Shown here: positions 53,386 through 64,000 of the stretch, piece after piece | How the letters are laid out: every line of letters starts with the position of its first letter | How positions within the stretch are numbered: position 1 is the first letter of the stretch | Source: Eledone cirrhosa | Taxonomy: Eukaryota | Assembly (NCBI GenBank): GCA_964016885.1 | Contig: OZ024740.1 | Location: 184,698,001 to 184,762,000, forward strand | Length of the DNA: 64,000 nt | Direction of reading: 5' to 3' | Program-made: the position numbers and the translations under genes | Notes under the pieces: model-generated | What the model saw: the letters and a program-made list of their open reading frames with translations, nothing else | Told to the model about the DNA's origin: nothing | The model's database searches: none

Positions 53386-53421
<36 letters not shown>

Positions 53422-53520
53422 GTATATATAATTCGTTTATATATATATAAGCCAAACGGAACCTGAACTGATAACGTCTGTTTTCTCGGGTATGTCACTA
53501 TTTATAAAACAAATTTTGTC

Positions 53521-53580
53521 TTTTATCTGATGAGAGCGTACCAAAGTTGTTTGGTACCCTTGAAATATATATAATATAAT
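53521..53580 (+). ncRNA. Hammerhead ribozyme in a related solo pLTR
   Basis: TTAT-CTGATGA-gagcGTACCAAAgttgTTTGGTACcctt-GAAA-TATAT-ATA-ATAA; downstream sequence homologous to 53341-53390. Confidence 0.8.
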
Positions 53581-53628
53581 AATATGGTTTTATAAATATA
53601 TATAGTTTCCATTTATTAATATCATTGT

Positions 53629-53673
<45 letters not shown>

Positions 53674-53674
<1 letters not shown>

Positions 53675-54066
53675 GAGGATAATCCCAAAAGTAAGGTCTC
53701 CAAAGCGATGGGGACGCAGAGAAACTGTTCGTCCGGCTGTTGGCAACACTGTTGTGATTGGTGCTTCCTTCACTCCCAAACAACTATGCGAGCGTTTCGC
53801 TGGGATGCTCAATATTCGCTTGGCAGCCGTTGAGAATGGAGCTCCCGCTGAACGCTACTGCCAAGTGCGAATTTCATGCAGTTATTATATAGAGGGCAAT
53901 CCCAAAAGTAAGGTCTCCTTCCGATGAAAACATGCATAAAGATCGGCAGATTACTCTGGATGCTCTCTGCATTTTGGTTCCTGAGGTTTCCCGAAGCACC
54001 ATCCACAGGATTTTAACGGAAAAGTTGCAATATCGGAAGGAGACCTTACTTTTGGGATTGCCCTCG
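53674..54066 (+). mobile_element. Mariner-derived MITE with an extra internal TIR
   Basis: TA-CGAGG(A/G)YAATCCCAAAAGTAAGGTCTCC...GGAGACCTTACTTTTGGGATTGCCCTCG-TA; third TIR at ~53892; internal MELPLNATAKCEFHAVI and DRQITLDAL..SRSTIHRILTEKL transposase bits. Confidence 0.9.
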
Positions 54067-54099
<33 letters not shown>

Positions 54100-54249
54100 G
54101 AGTTAAACAAGATTCAATGAGTACATCAAAGAATAAGTTTTACAGTAGATTGGAAGCACTCTACAGTTAAAAAAAAAAAAAAATGTTCCAGAGTTATTGA
54201 TATTAAAATACAAATATTAATAAAATAGATGTTCTTTTGATCAATTAAA

Positions 54250-54300
54250 TTTTATTATACATATTTCAGAGGTACAACAGTACGTCCTCATCAGACAAAA
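54250..54300 (-). ncRNA. Hammerhead ribozyme (mirror copy)
   Basis: Reverse complement of 54371-54421. Confidence 0.75.
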
Positions 54301-54370
54301 TATAATGATACATGACATACCCTGAGATGTTAAATGGTTAACATCTCAGGGTATGTCATGTATCATTATA

Positions 54371-54421
54371 TTTTGTCTGATGAGGACGTACTGTTGTATC
54401 TCTGAAATATGTATAATAAAA
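54371..54421 (+). ncRNA. Hammerhead ribozyme
   Basis: TTTTGT-CTGATGA-ggacgtactgttgtatctct-GAAA-TATGT-ATA-ATAAAA. Confidence 0.78.
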
Positions 54422-54467
54422 TTTAATTGATCAAAAGAACATCTATTTTATTAATATTTGTATTTTA

Positions 54468-54498
<31 letters not shown>

Positions 54499-54596
54499 AA
54501 ATTGAGGTTGGTAATGGCACATGGAATATATAAGAGACAGAATACTTTTTTGTGAAAAAACATAATTTTATAAGGTAAGGAAATAATAAAGGGTAT

Positions 54597-54648
54597 AAAA
54601 AATGACCGGTTTCGATGGGTCTGCAAAAGCCATCTTTTCAAATGTTGA
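54597..54648 (-). ncRNA. Hammerhead, U3-A8 core variant (3' pLTR copy)
   Basis: Mirror of 56964-57012. Confidence 0.65.
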
Positions 54649-54996
54649 TTAATATTAAGAAAAATTAATAATACGAAGAGTTAAAATTTGAGACTTGAAA
54701 ATTCAAGTATAAAATTCATTGTGGGATTTCATAGCAGTTTTCATCTAGGTAGCAACAACAGGTTGACTGCTGTGTCCCTTTCTGGTAGTGAATGAGAAGT
54801 TATTTGGGGTGTGGGTTATTTTATAAAGGTCAGATTTAGCAATCGCCAGCTGCTGGTCAGTGAGGGGGTGGAAGCAATATACACACACATATATCTTCCT
54901 GTGATGGGTAGGAGAGTGGAGCGTGATAGAAAAGGATTTAGTGCACTTACACCTATATATACACACATACCTTCATCCACACATACATACATATAC

Positions 54997-55033
<37 letters not shown>

Positions 55034-55102
55034 CACACATACATACACACACACATACATATACATACACACATACACACACACACACATATATATACAC
55101 AT

Positions 55103-55154
<52 letters not shown>

Positions 55155-55204
55155 CCCCACACATACATACACACACACATATATATATACATACACACAT
55201 ACAA

Positions 55205-55237
<33 letters not shown>

Positions 55238-55326
55238 CACACACATACACACACATATATATACACACACACACACAGACACGCATATATATATATATAT
55301 ACACATACGCATACATCCAGATACCC

Positions 55327-55365
<39 letters not shown>

Positions 55366-55774
55366 CAATACATACATCCACATGCACACACATACTCACA
55401 CACACACACACACACATACATACACCCACACACAGAGAAATGGCCTTCAAATATATATATATATATATATATATACATACAGACACATATATTTTTTCCA
55501 TAATATAAGAAGTTGGGGCAGTGAAATTAAAATACAAGTCATTCTGATCACATTGATTTCTTCGTGTAGATTGGGCCCCGCAACCGACAGTGGTGAATTC
55601 TGTGTGCGCACATATATATAGATATATGTGTGTGCACGTGCAGGGTTTAACATGGATGTGTTGGTCACACAAAGGCATGGTCTGTCAATGAATAAACCTG
55701 ATTCTACAGAATTGGTCTCTGGTCTTTAATAGTAGTGATTCCGTGCGTATGTGTGTTTATATTTTATGACAATT

Positions 55775-56620
55775 CTATTGGGGTGATAACCCGTTTAGTT
55801 TTGGTTTAAATTTGTTAAGGAATAGATTTTCTTTGTTTATTCTTTGTTGTTGTGTGAACGAATCTGAGCACTTGTAGAAGGGGAAGATTTTAAAGTTGGG
55901 TAGTGTCATTCCTGCGCAGTTCGCAATATGGCTGCTCAAGGGGATTTTTCTTGTGTTAGCGTCCCGGATTTGTTGGCGGTGGATGGTCATTCTTTTGCGT
56001 AATGAGGTGCCCGTCTGTCCTATGTAGTTGTGTTTGCACCCACCGCAAGTTATTGCGTAAATCAAGTTCTCCGAGTTGCAGGTGAAATTGTTTTTTACTG
56101 TAAATGTTTGGCCATCTTTGAATGTAAATGTTTGTCCTTCAGTGAGGTAGAGGCACGTTCCACAGTTTGTTCTACCACATTTGGTAACTGTAGGGTTGAG
56201 GATTGGTTTGGGTATATTTGGTCCAGTGAGAATGCGTTTAAGTGATTTGGGTTGTCTTTTACTTTTAAGGATCTTGTGTGTTTCAAGAATAGACTTCATT
56301 TTTACATCTTTAAGTAGGATGGGGAGGTTTTTGTGTAGGTGATCAAACATTTCGGTATTTCTGGGGTTGAAAGTGGATACATATGGCAGGGTGTTGAGTG
56401 TGGTTTTCTGTTTTGGATTGTTAAGTTGATGGGGATTTAGGTGTTTTGCCCTGTCTATTCCATTGTTGATTATTTCAAGTGGAAAGGCTCTTAAGATAAG
56501 GGTGTCTTTTAGTTCCTTTAGTCTTTGCTCCCGTTTAGGTGGATCTGATACTATGGTACATATACGTTTGGCCAAATTGTAAGGAATGTTAAGTTTTGTA
56601 TGTTTTGGGTGACTTGATGT
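55775..56620 (-). pseudogene. PLE thumb + GIY-YIG endonuclease fragment
   Basis: Clear homology to the 47130-47948 translation. Confidence 0.9.
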
Positions 56621-56963
56621 GAAAAAGAGGTGGATGAAGGTATGTGTGTATATATAGGTGTAAGTGCACTAAATCCTTTTCTATCACGCTCCACTCTCCT
56701 ACCCATCACAGGAAGATATATGTGTGTGTATATTGCTTCCACCCCCTCACTGACCAGCAGCTGGCGATTGCTAAATCTGACCTTTATAAAATAACCCACA
56801 CCCCAAATAACTTCTCATTCACTACCAGAAAGGGACACAGCAGTCAACCTGTTGTTGCTACCTAGATGAAAACTGCTATGAAATCCCACAATGAATTTTA
56901 TACTTGAATTTTCAAGTCTCAAATTTTAACTCTTCGTATTATTAATTTTTCTTAATATTAATC

Positions 56964-57012
56964 AACATTTGAAAAGATGGCTTTTGCAGACCCATCGAAA
57001 CCGGTCATTTTT
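56964..57012 (+). ncRNA. Hammerhead, U3-A8 core variant
   Basis: aacAT-TTGAAAA-GATGGcttttgcagacCCATC-GAAAC-CG-GTC-ATttt; palindromic stem III ACCGGT, GUC site, weak stem I. Confidence 0.65.
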
Positions 57013-57147
57013 TATACCCTTTATTATTTCCTTACCTTATAACATTATGTTTTTTCACAAAAAAGTATTCTGTCTCTTATATATTCCATGTGCCATTACC
57101 AACCTCAATTTTCTCTATAACCTTCGTTTTGTGTAAAAAATTACACT

Positions 57148-57296
<149 letters not shown>

Positions 57297-57403
57297 AATA
57301 TTATATATATATATATATAAATATTAAAACAATTGTTTTAATATTTCTATTTTTGACTCTGTATCCAATGAATTATATCGTGGAAAATTTTGTATTTTAA
57401 ACT

Positions 57404-57773
<370 letters not shown>

Positions 57774-58594
57774 TGATTTATTGATATTTTATCTGAGTGA
57801 CCCGAATCTTCCTGATCGTAATTTTTCGGTCGTATGGTTGATTTTAGACATAATCTATGTGTGTTGGTATTTTAACGATAGTTATAGCTCTGATTTCTCT
57901 GAATTATTGAGCCCTCTGCCACTCATGTCGAATTTTGTTTATCGTGAACTCGTGCGCCGATTTTTCGATACTCGATTATTCTACTATATTTAGCTCTAGA
58001 CTTAGCTATTGACCAGTTAATTTTATTGTTCATTTTTTGTCGATTCTATTAAATGATGAATAGCTCCTGTTTATTTTAACATGTCTATTGAGCACTCTTA
58101 TTCGATATGTGATTTTCCACATTCCCGAATATTTTTCGCGGATATAGAGGTTATCTCCCTTGCTGGATTCCATGTGCGTTTTCAGCTAGGGTTGGCTTTT
58201 TTATTCGTCTGGACAAAGCTCGTTGATAAAGTATTTCCTGTCCGCCGCTCTCTAGAAGTCTTATATATTTTTATGTGGGCTGATAGTGGGCGGTTTAAGG
58301 ATTTACAGAAACCCAAGAAGCTAGATTTACCATCTTTCTAGTGGGTCCGGGTAAGCTTTTTACATTCACATGATTTATTGATTTATTGATATTTTATCTG
58401 AGTGACCCGAATCTTCCTGATCGTAATTTTTCGGTCGTATGGTTGATTTTAGACATAATCTATGTGTGTTGGTACTTTAACGATAGTTATAGCTCTGATT
58501 TCTCTGAATTATTGAGCCCTCTGCCACTCATGTCGAATTTTGTTTATCGTGAACTCGTGCGCCGATTTTTCGATACTCGATTATTCTACTATAT
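57774..58594. repeat. 216-bp direct repeats (57774-57989, 58379-58594) around a ~390-bp CpG-containing spacer
   Basis: ORFs at 57781 and 58386 share an identical translation; one substitution seen. Confidence 0.9.
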
Positions 58595-59029
58595 ATATAT
58601 ATATACATAAAGAGAAGCATAGAAGAGCAGACAGAAAATAAAGAAACATTTAATTTCTTGTATTTATTTTTTTTCATCTCACAGCAATAATGCTTGGGCG
58701 GGTGGACTAACATACCGCTGGGTTAATTCACATGCATTGCTGATTCATAGGCAGACCATTCGTTCTTTATCATATTACAAACATAAATTTATACAAAGAA
58801 ATGGATACTTTTAGCCAACTAGCTGACAAGTGTATGTAATGATTTAATGTGAGAATTCTAACAGAACTTGACTGAGCAAGCAGTTCAGTCATGCAAAAAT
58901 CAGATAACATAGTATATTCCTTTTGGGGGAGCAATTGCTACTCAATGTTGCCAACACTTTCTAATTTGGAATAAAAACAGATGCTCCTGCACACAACCAC
59001 AAACACAAACATGTAAATATATGCAGATA

Positions 59030-59287
59030 CACATGTATATATATATATATGCATGTGCGCATATGCACATGCACACTTTCTCACACACACATACATATAC
59101 ATGTGTGTATATATATGTATTTGTATATATGTGTGTGTATATATACACACACACACACACACACGCACATATATATATATGTGTGTGTGTGTATATATAT
59201 ATGTATATATATATGTGTGATGTGTGTATGTATATGTGTATATATGTATATATATATATGTGCATATATATATATATATATATGTGC

Positions 59288-59357
<70 letters not shown>
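59030..59357. repeat. Compound TA/CA/TG microsatellite
   Basis: Direct reading. Confidence 0.95.
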
Positions 59358-60142
59358 TCTTAAACATGAAGTGGTGGGAATTGATGAAGCATCTGTAAGC
59401 TATCAACGCAAATTGCACAGATGAAAGGATTATTTTTAAACGCATTTATATTATCTATTTCATTTCTTGTTCTTTTATGCTTTTTGTTTTGTTTAACACC
59501 ATTATCCTCACCATCAACATCACAATAATCAGAATCATTAATTTTCTAACTATTGTTTTTTGGTTTTTTTCCTTGTTATTCTTATAATGGTTATTGTTGT
59601 TGTTTTTATTATTATTGTTTTTATTATTATTGTTGTTGTTATTATTATTATTGTTATATTTTTCCTACTATTATCACTTTTACAAATTTATGTCGCCCAT
59701 CACATTTCATATCTCTATATGCTGATATAGCGATTCATATTGTTTATACATGAATTAACTGTAATTCACAGATAGGCTTACGTCACACACACACACGCAC
59801 ACACACACATACACATGCATACTCATACACACACACAAAACAAATATAGATCCTCATAAATGCATAGGTAAGTAGGAACAGTTGCATATATATAATATAA
59901 ATATATCCTAACTGGAGTGTAGACACAGTGTATAAGAGATAAAAATTGTAACAATATTATGATCATATGTTTAGTAAATATATTCAGAGCCCTACTGGAA
60001 AATTAGAACATGTGGCTTAAATTCTGAGCTCTCCGCAGTAAGGAAATTAATTGAGTCAACTTAATGATTAATTCCCTTTTGTTAAAGTCATAATCAGGAT
60101 TTGATTACTCTATTCTGAGATAATAGTGATCATTAATTTATG

Positions 60143-60243
60143 ACCGAGGTTGACTTTGCCTTTCATCCTTATGGGGTCGATAAAATAAAGTACCAGTAAT
60201 GCACTGGATAATTGCTGACCTTGTGCCTAAAGTAGAAACAATT
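60143..60243 (+). mobile_element. 5'-truncated SINE family 1
   Basis: CCGAGGTTGACTTTGCCTTTCATCC...GTAGAAACAATT. Confidence 0.88.
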
Positions 60244-61889
60244 AATTTATGAATAAAATAATTGAAATCTTGTTTGGTCCGAATGTATTTACTTAGTGCA
60301 AACTGTCTGTGTTTATTAATTATTTAGGAAAAAGACAATGTATTTGAGATTTAAATTAACAAATTTACAATAATTTGTTTAATAAAGTAACCAGTTAGTC
60401 ATCTCTTTCTATTTTTCTTTCTTTATATCTCTCCCTCTACCCAAGGCAAATCTCTTCCAGTCAACTGAGAGCCCCATGGTAACTATTTTCCCCACATGCC
60501 AAAAAGTTGCTATGGTATTGTATGGTATGGTCCAATAAATAATGATGGATCTTAGGGTGCCATAGTGATATACAGCATTTTGGGGGCATTATTTAAGCCA
60601 GGCCTCAATGTCTGAACACAGCAGATTCCTTCCAGAGAAAGATAGAAAGTAAGAGAGAGACAGTGAGAAACAGATATAGAGGAAGAATGGACGCCAGTAC
60701 TAGACTGGTACATTTTTTATCGACCTCAAATGGATTAAAAGCAAAGTTGACCTTCAAAGACAAAAATAAAGTTATGCTTATTAAATAAGTAGAAAAGCTA
60801 TTTTCTCTAACGAAGAATGATAACGACATTGTTGATGGTGGTGGAAGAGTAAAAGGAGGGCGGGACTAAGAATGAAAGAAACAAAGAAATACAAAGATTG
60901 ACATCAGCATGAACAAGAACTAAGAGAGTGGGTGGGGAGACTAGGAAGAATGCTTAGCTGTTACTTTCTTGAAGCAATAGAAAACAATCCTTTTTTTCTA
61001 CTGGCTCTATACACACTCACCACACCCACGCACACGTAAGTTAACACACCTATATACATATATAGAGACAAAATAAAAAATAACACATAAAATTACACAA
61101 ACATACACACGCGTAAACACAAAGCAAACACGAAACGAAGTGAGGTGTGTTTGTGGAGGGGGTAACAGTTATCATTGCAGTCATAAAAAGTCAGAGAAAA
61201 AATAACTAGACTTTATTTTAACAAGTAGTTCGTGATATCCATCAGTCAGTTTCAATGACAACGCATTATAAGATTATTTCTGTTGCCAGACTCGTCATTT
61301 AAAGTTTAACGTCAACAACTGATAGATTTGTTTATGTTTGTTTGTTTATTGTCGTTGTCGTTGTTGTTGTTGTGTGGTTCTTTTTTGGGAGGGGTAGGAT
61401 AGGGGAGAAGTAGGAGGAGGAGGGGAGTGCTTTATGGCATGTTGAATAATTAATCATCTAATATCTCTTTCAGATCAATTCAAAATATTTTTATCAGTTG
61501 CTGTTTTTGTTTTGCTTTTGTTCAGTAGTTTATTTTAACGTATTATTATTTATTTATTGTTGCTTTTCTCAAATGTCTTTACAATTTAATGAGCTCACTT
61601 CTGCTTCTATATAATCTTAATACTATTGTTTTTTTTTTTTCTTCTTCTTCTTCTTCTTCTTCTTCTTCTTCTTCTCCACCAACACCACAACCATCCCTTT
61701 CATTTTATATTTTCTCTCTTCTATATTCTTCATACTTTTTCCTTTAGTATTTTCGTTCTTCCATAAATACTCCTTATTTAATAGAAAACATTCTGTCTTT
61801 AGAAATTTGCCCAAAAGTGTTGATATTTTCAAAAGGGTAGGGAGTCATATTGAAGCTTTTACTGTAATTTAACGCCTTACAGTATTTAA

Positions 61890-62100
61890 CATTTTTGATA
61901 CCAACCTGCTTAGAACCGCCCCTGGTTCTATGATACAAAGCTGCTTCTTTATCTAAAATGTTATGTAAAAACATTTGTTACGCTCCAACACCAGTTTAAT
62001 CATTTGAAGATTATATTATTAAGTACCTCCAAATTCTTGATTTTCAAAATGATTTGAAAATCATAGACAGTTTTTCATTAAAAATATGGTAATAAAAGGG
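61890..62100. mobile_element. piggyBac-type MITE (TTAA target)
   Basis: TTAA-CATTTTTGATACCA...TGGTAATAAAAGGG-TTAA. Confidence 0.6.
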
Positions 62101-62769
62101 TTAAAAAGCAGGATTTTGTTATTTTCAAATTTTTATATCAGTATTAACTACAGAAGAGTTAAATGCTGTGATTAGAAAAACATTTAGAGTGAGCTAACAT
62201 TATATTTTAGCAGGGTGGTAGAATCAGTGGTCGTCACTTTAACAGGGTAGATGATTGAAGGTCGTTAGTTGCCAGTGTGGTAAGTGATAGTATCCTCGTT
62301 GGATTATCTTGTTGACATAGACGTGAGGGAAGGTCCCTCGATCTATTTACCATCTATTTACAATATTCCTTTCGTCAGGTCGCCAATTCCAGCAGCATGG
62401 ATTAAAGATGTTATTGAGACACGAGCAACATAATAATGATTTCAACCGCAGTAATTAGAGATGAAATGTTTGTTTATTTATATGGTTGAAGTTACAGATA
62501 AAAAGAGGTTACAAAAGGGAATGTGCCATTGCGCCGTTAAGCCGGCGAGGCTAGGGGTGCAATATCTCACTGTTACATTATGCGTGTTGCTGGCTCGAAG
62601 TTTCTGGTACAAGAGAGAGATTCTTCAAATCTTCGCGGGGAATTTCTTCCTCAGGGCGCGTAGGGATACATCCTCTTCTACTGGCGCTGATTGGCTGAAC
62701 TGAGCCACATCACGCACAGAGAATGTATGTGAGCCCGCGGAATGTAGGTCACTACAATATCTTATCCAA

Positions 62770-62958
62770 GGGCGGTGGATTGGCAGTATCGGTAGAGGGT
62801 CGGACGCCATGCTTTCCAGCATAGTTACGTCCCTTTACGATCTGCGTTCAAATCTCGCCGAGGTTGACTTTGCCTTTCATCCTTACGGGGTCGATAAAAT
62901 AAAGTACCAGTAATGCACTGGGTAATTGCTGGCATTGTGCCTAAAGTAGAAACAATTA
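62770..62958 (+). mobile_element. SINE family 1, full-length
   Basis: A and B boxes plus body; nearly identical to the 13011 copy. Confidence 0.93.
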
Positions 62959-63215
62959 TATCTTGGCTAAGCAAGCATTGGAAAGATGAAATGTAACGGG
63001 AACTTAGAACACAGTGGGTACATGACAAAATCTCAGAGGGGGTTTTGTTCACCACTCTTACAATTTTGCTGATTGATCACTTTTATGCAAGGAATAATAT
63101 TATTGGTTTGTCTAAAACAAAGAAAATATAATACTTCTGTAATGGATCTCCACCAGTTCTGACGATGAGTGTGTTCCAGTTGTTTGGTCAATTTAACAGG
63201 CATGTGTACCCTTAA

Positions 63216-63405
63216 CCCTTTAGCATTTACATTACTCTATATATACGATTGTATTTTCATTGTAAAGGTTTTATATCACATAATTATCTCACATAATATC
63301 AAACAATATCTTAACATTAGTATGAGTGACCAGTTATGGCTGGTTTGAATAGAAAAAGGTGAGAGAATTCTGACTGGATATAGTTGGTTTAAATGCGTAA
63401 AAGGG
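63216..63405. mobile_element. piggyBac-type MITE (TTAA target)
   Basis: TTAA-CCCTTTAGCATTT...AAATGCGTAAAAGGG-TTAA. Confidence 0.7.
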
Positions 63406-63559
63406 TTAAAGAAATTCACAAAGAGTTTCAACATGACACAGTGTTACTAGGCAAGCCCGTTGAATTATAGGTACACAGTGCACCCAATGAGCTTCCAGAC
63501 AATTTCCAACAACCTGAAACTATAATAAATGATATTGTTCCAAGATTCTAGATGTTGAA

Positions 63560-63837
63560 GTCTGTCTCAAGCCCCGGAGACTTATCAGGTCAGTGCTTAT
63601 CCTGGTTTCCATGGCGTTAAGCAAGTGAGAGTACAAGGCTATCCCTGGGCAGCATGCCAGTCCATTGCAAGGTTAAACTCCCTGCTACTGCTGGTATTCA
63701 TTTTCTGCTGAGTATACTGGAGCAATGTGAAATGAAATGTTTTTGCTTATGAACACAACACACATCTAAGTCCAGTAATTGAAACCACAATGTAAGGATC
63801 ATAAATCTGAAGACTTACTACTAGGCCACTCAACTCC
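63560..63837 (-). mobile_element. Old CORE-type tRNA-derived SINE
   Basis: GCTGAGTATACTGGAGCAATGTGAAATGAAATG..GCT..GAACACAAC is the reverse complement of the CORE body at 16990-17045. Confidence 0.7.
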
Positions 63838-64000
63838 ACAAATCTAATATGGGACCTAATAATTGCAATGCAAACGTCTCAACCATATGGCAGCTATACA
63901 ATACTTCTATCAAGAAGAAAAAGACAGAGAATGTATATGAAAGAAAGAATGTATATAACTATTTAAATAACATAATGATTATAAGGATAAATGATTATAA

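Larger units (their letters stand above)
49493..53391. repeat. ~3.9-kb spacer-less palindrome of two head-to-head Naiad-like PLE 3' ends
   Basis: Centre ATATTTTGTG|CACAAAATAT at 51440/51441; the same 216-aa ORF appears on both strands; arms ~1.95 kb with only a few differences. Confidence 0.97.
54200..54471. repeat. 134-bp-arm palindrome (4-nt loop) with a hammerhead in each arm
   Basis: Centre CCTGAGATGTTAA-ATGG-TTAACATCTCAGG; one mismatch seen between the arms. Confidence 0.95.
54494..57117 (-). mobile_element. 5'-truncated Neptune-like PLE with an inverted 5' pLTR (~490-bp inverted repeats)
   Basis: ORF 55775-56575 (thumb, KCGRTNCGTC, NLIYAITCGGCKHNYIGQT); 54494-54980 is the reverse complement of 56630-57117. 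Confidence 0.93.

Noticed and set aside
54811-55678. Long ORFs rich in Y/I/T/H/V/C (also near 7, 12.6, 43.5, 48-49, 57 and 59 kb)
   Set aside because: Translations of TA/CA/AAC microsatellites, not proteins.

Overview
AT-rich, microsatellite-dense animal genomic DNA. The repeat content looks cephalopod/Octopus-like (inference). No host protein-coding gene can be supported. Roughly 2-39 kb is dominated by RTE-type LINEs (APE endonuclease + RT, (GAT)n tails), one of which has an uninterrupted ~940-codon ORF; the copies spanning that region carry a PHD-like Cys/His finger inside the RT C-terminus. Penelope-like elements (PLEs; RT + GIY-YIG) of at least three types occur at 0.5-1.5, 12.3-16.7 and 43-58 kb, alongside tRNA-derived SINEs, mariner relics and MITEs. 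The most striking structure is a cluster of foldbacks at 43-58 kb, most with an outward-facing minimal hammerhead ribozyme (HHR) near each end. The largest is a spacer-less ~3.9 kb palindrome (49493-53391) made of two head-to-head GIY-YIG + 3'UTR + HHR units. About a dozen HHR motifs are readable by eye, including a U3-A8 compensatory core variant and a U4A variant.
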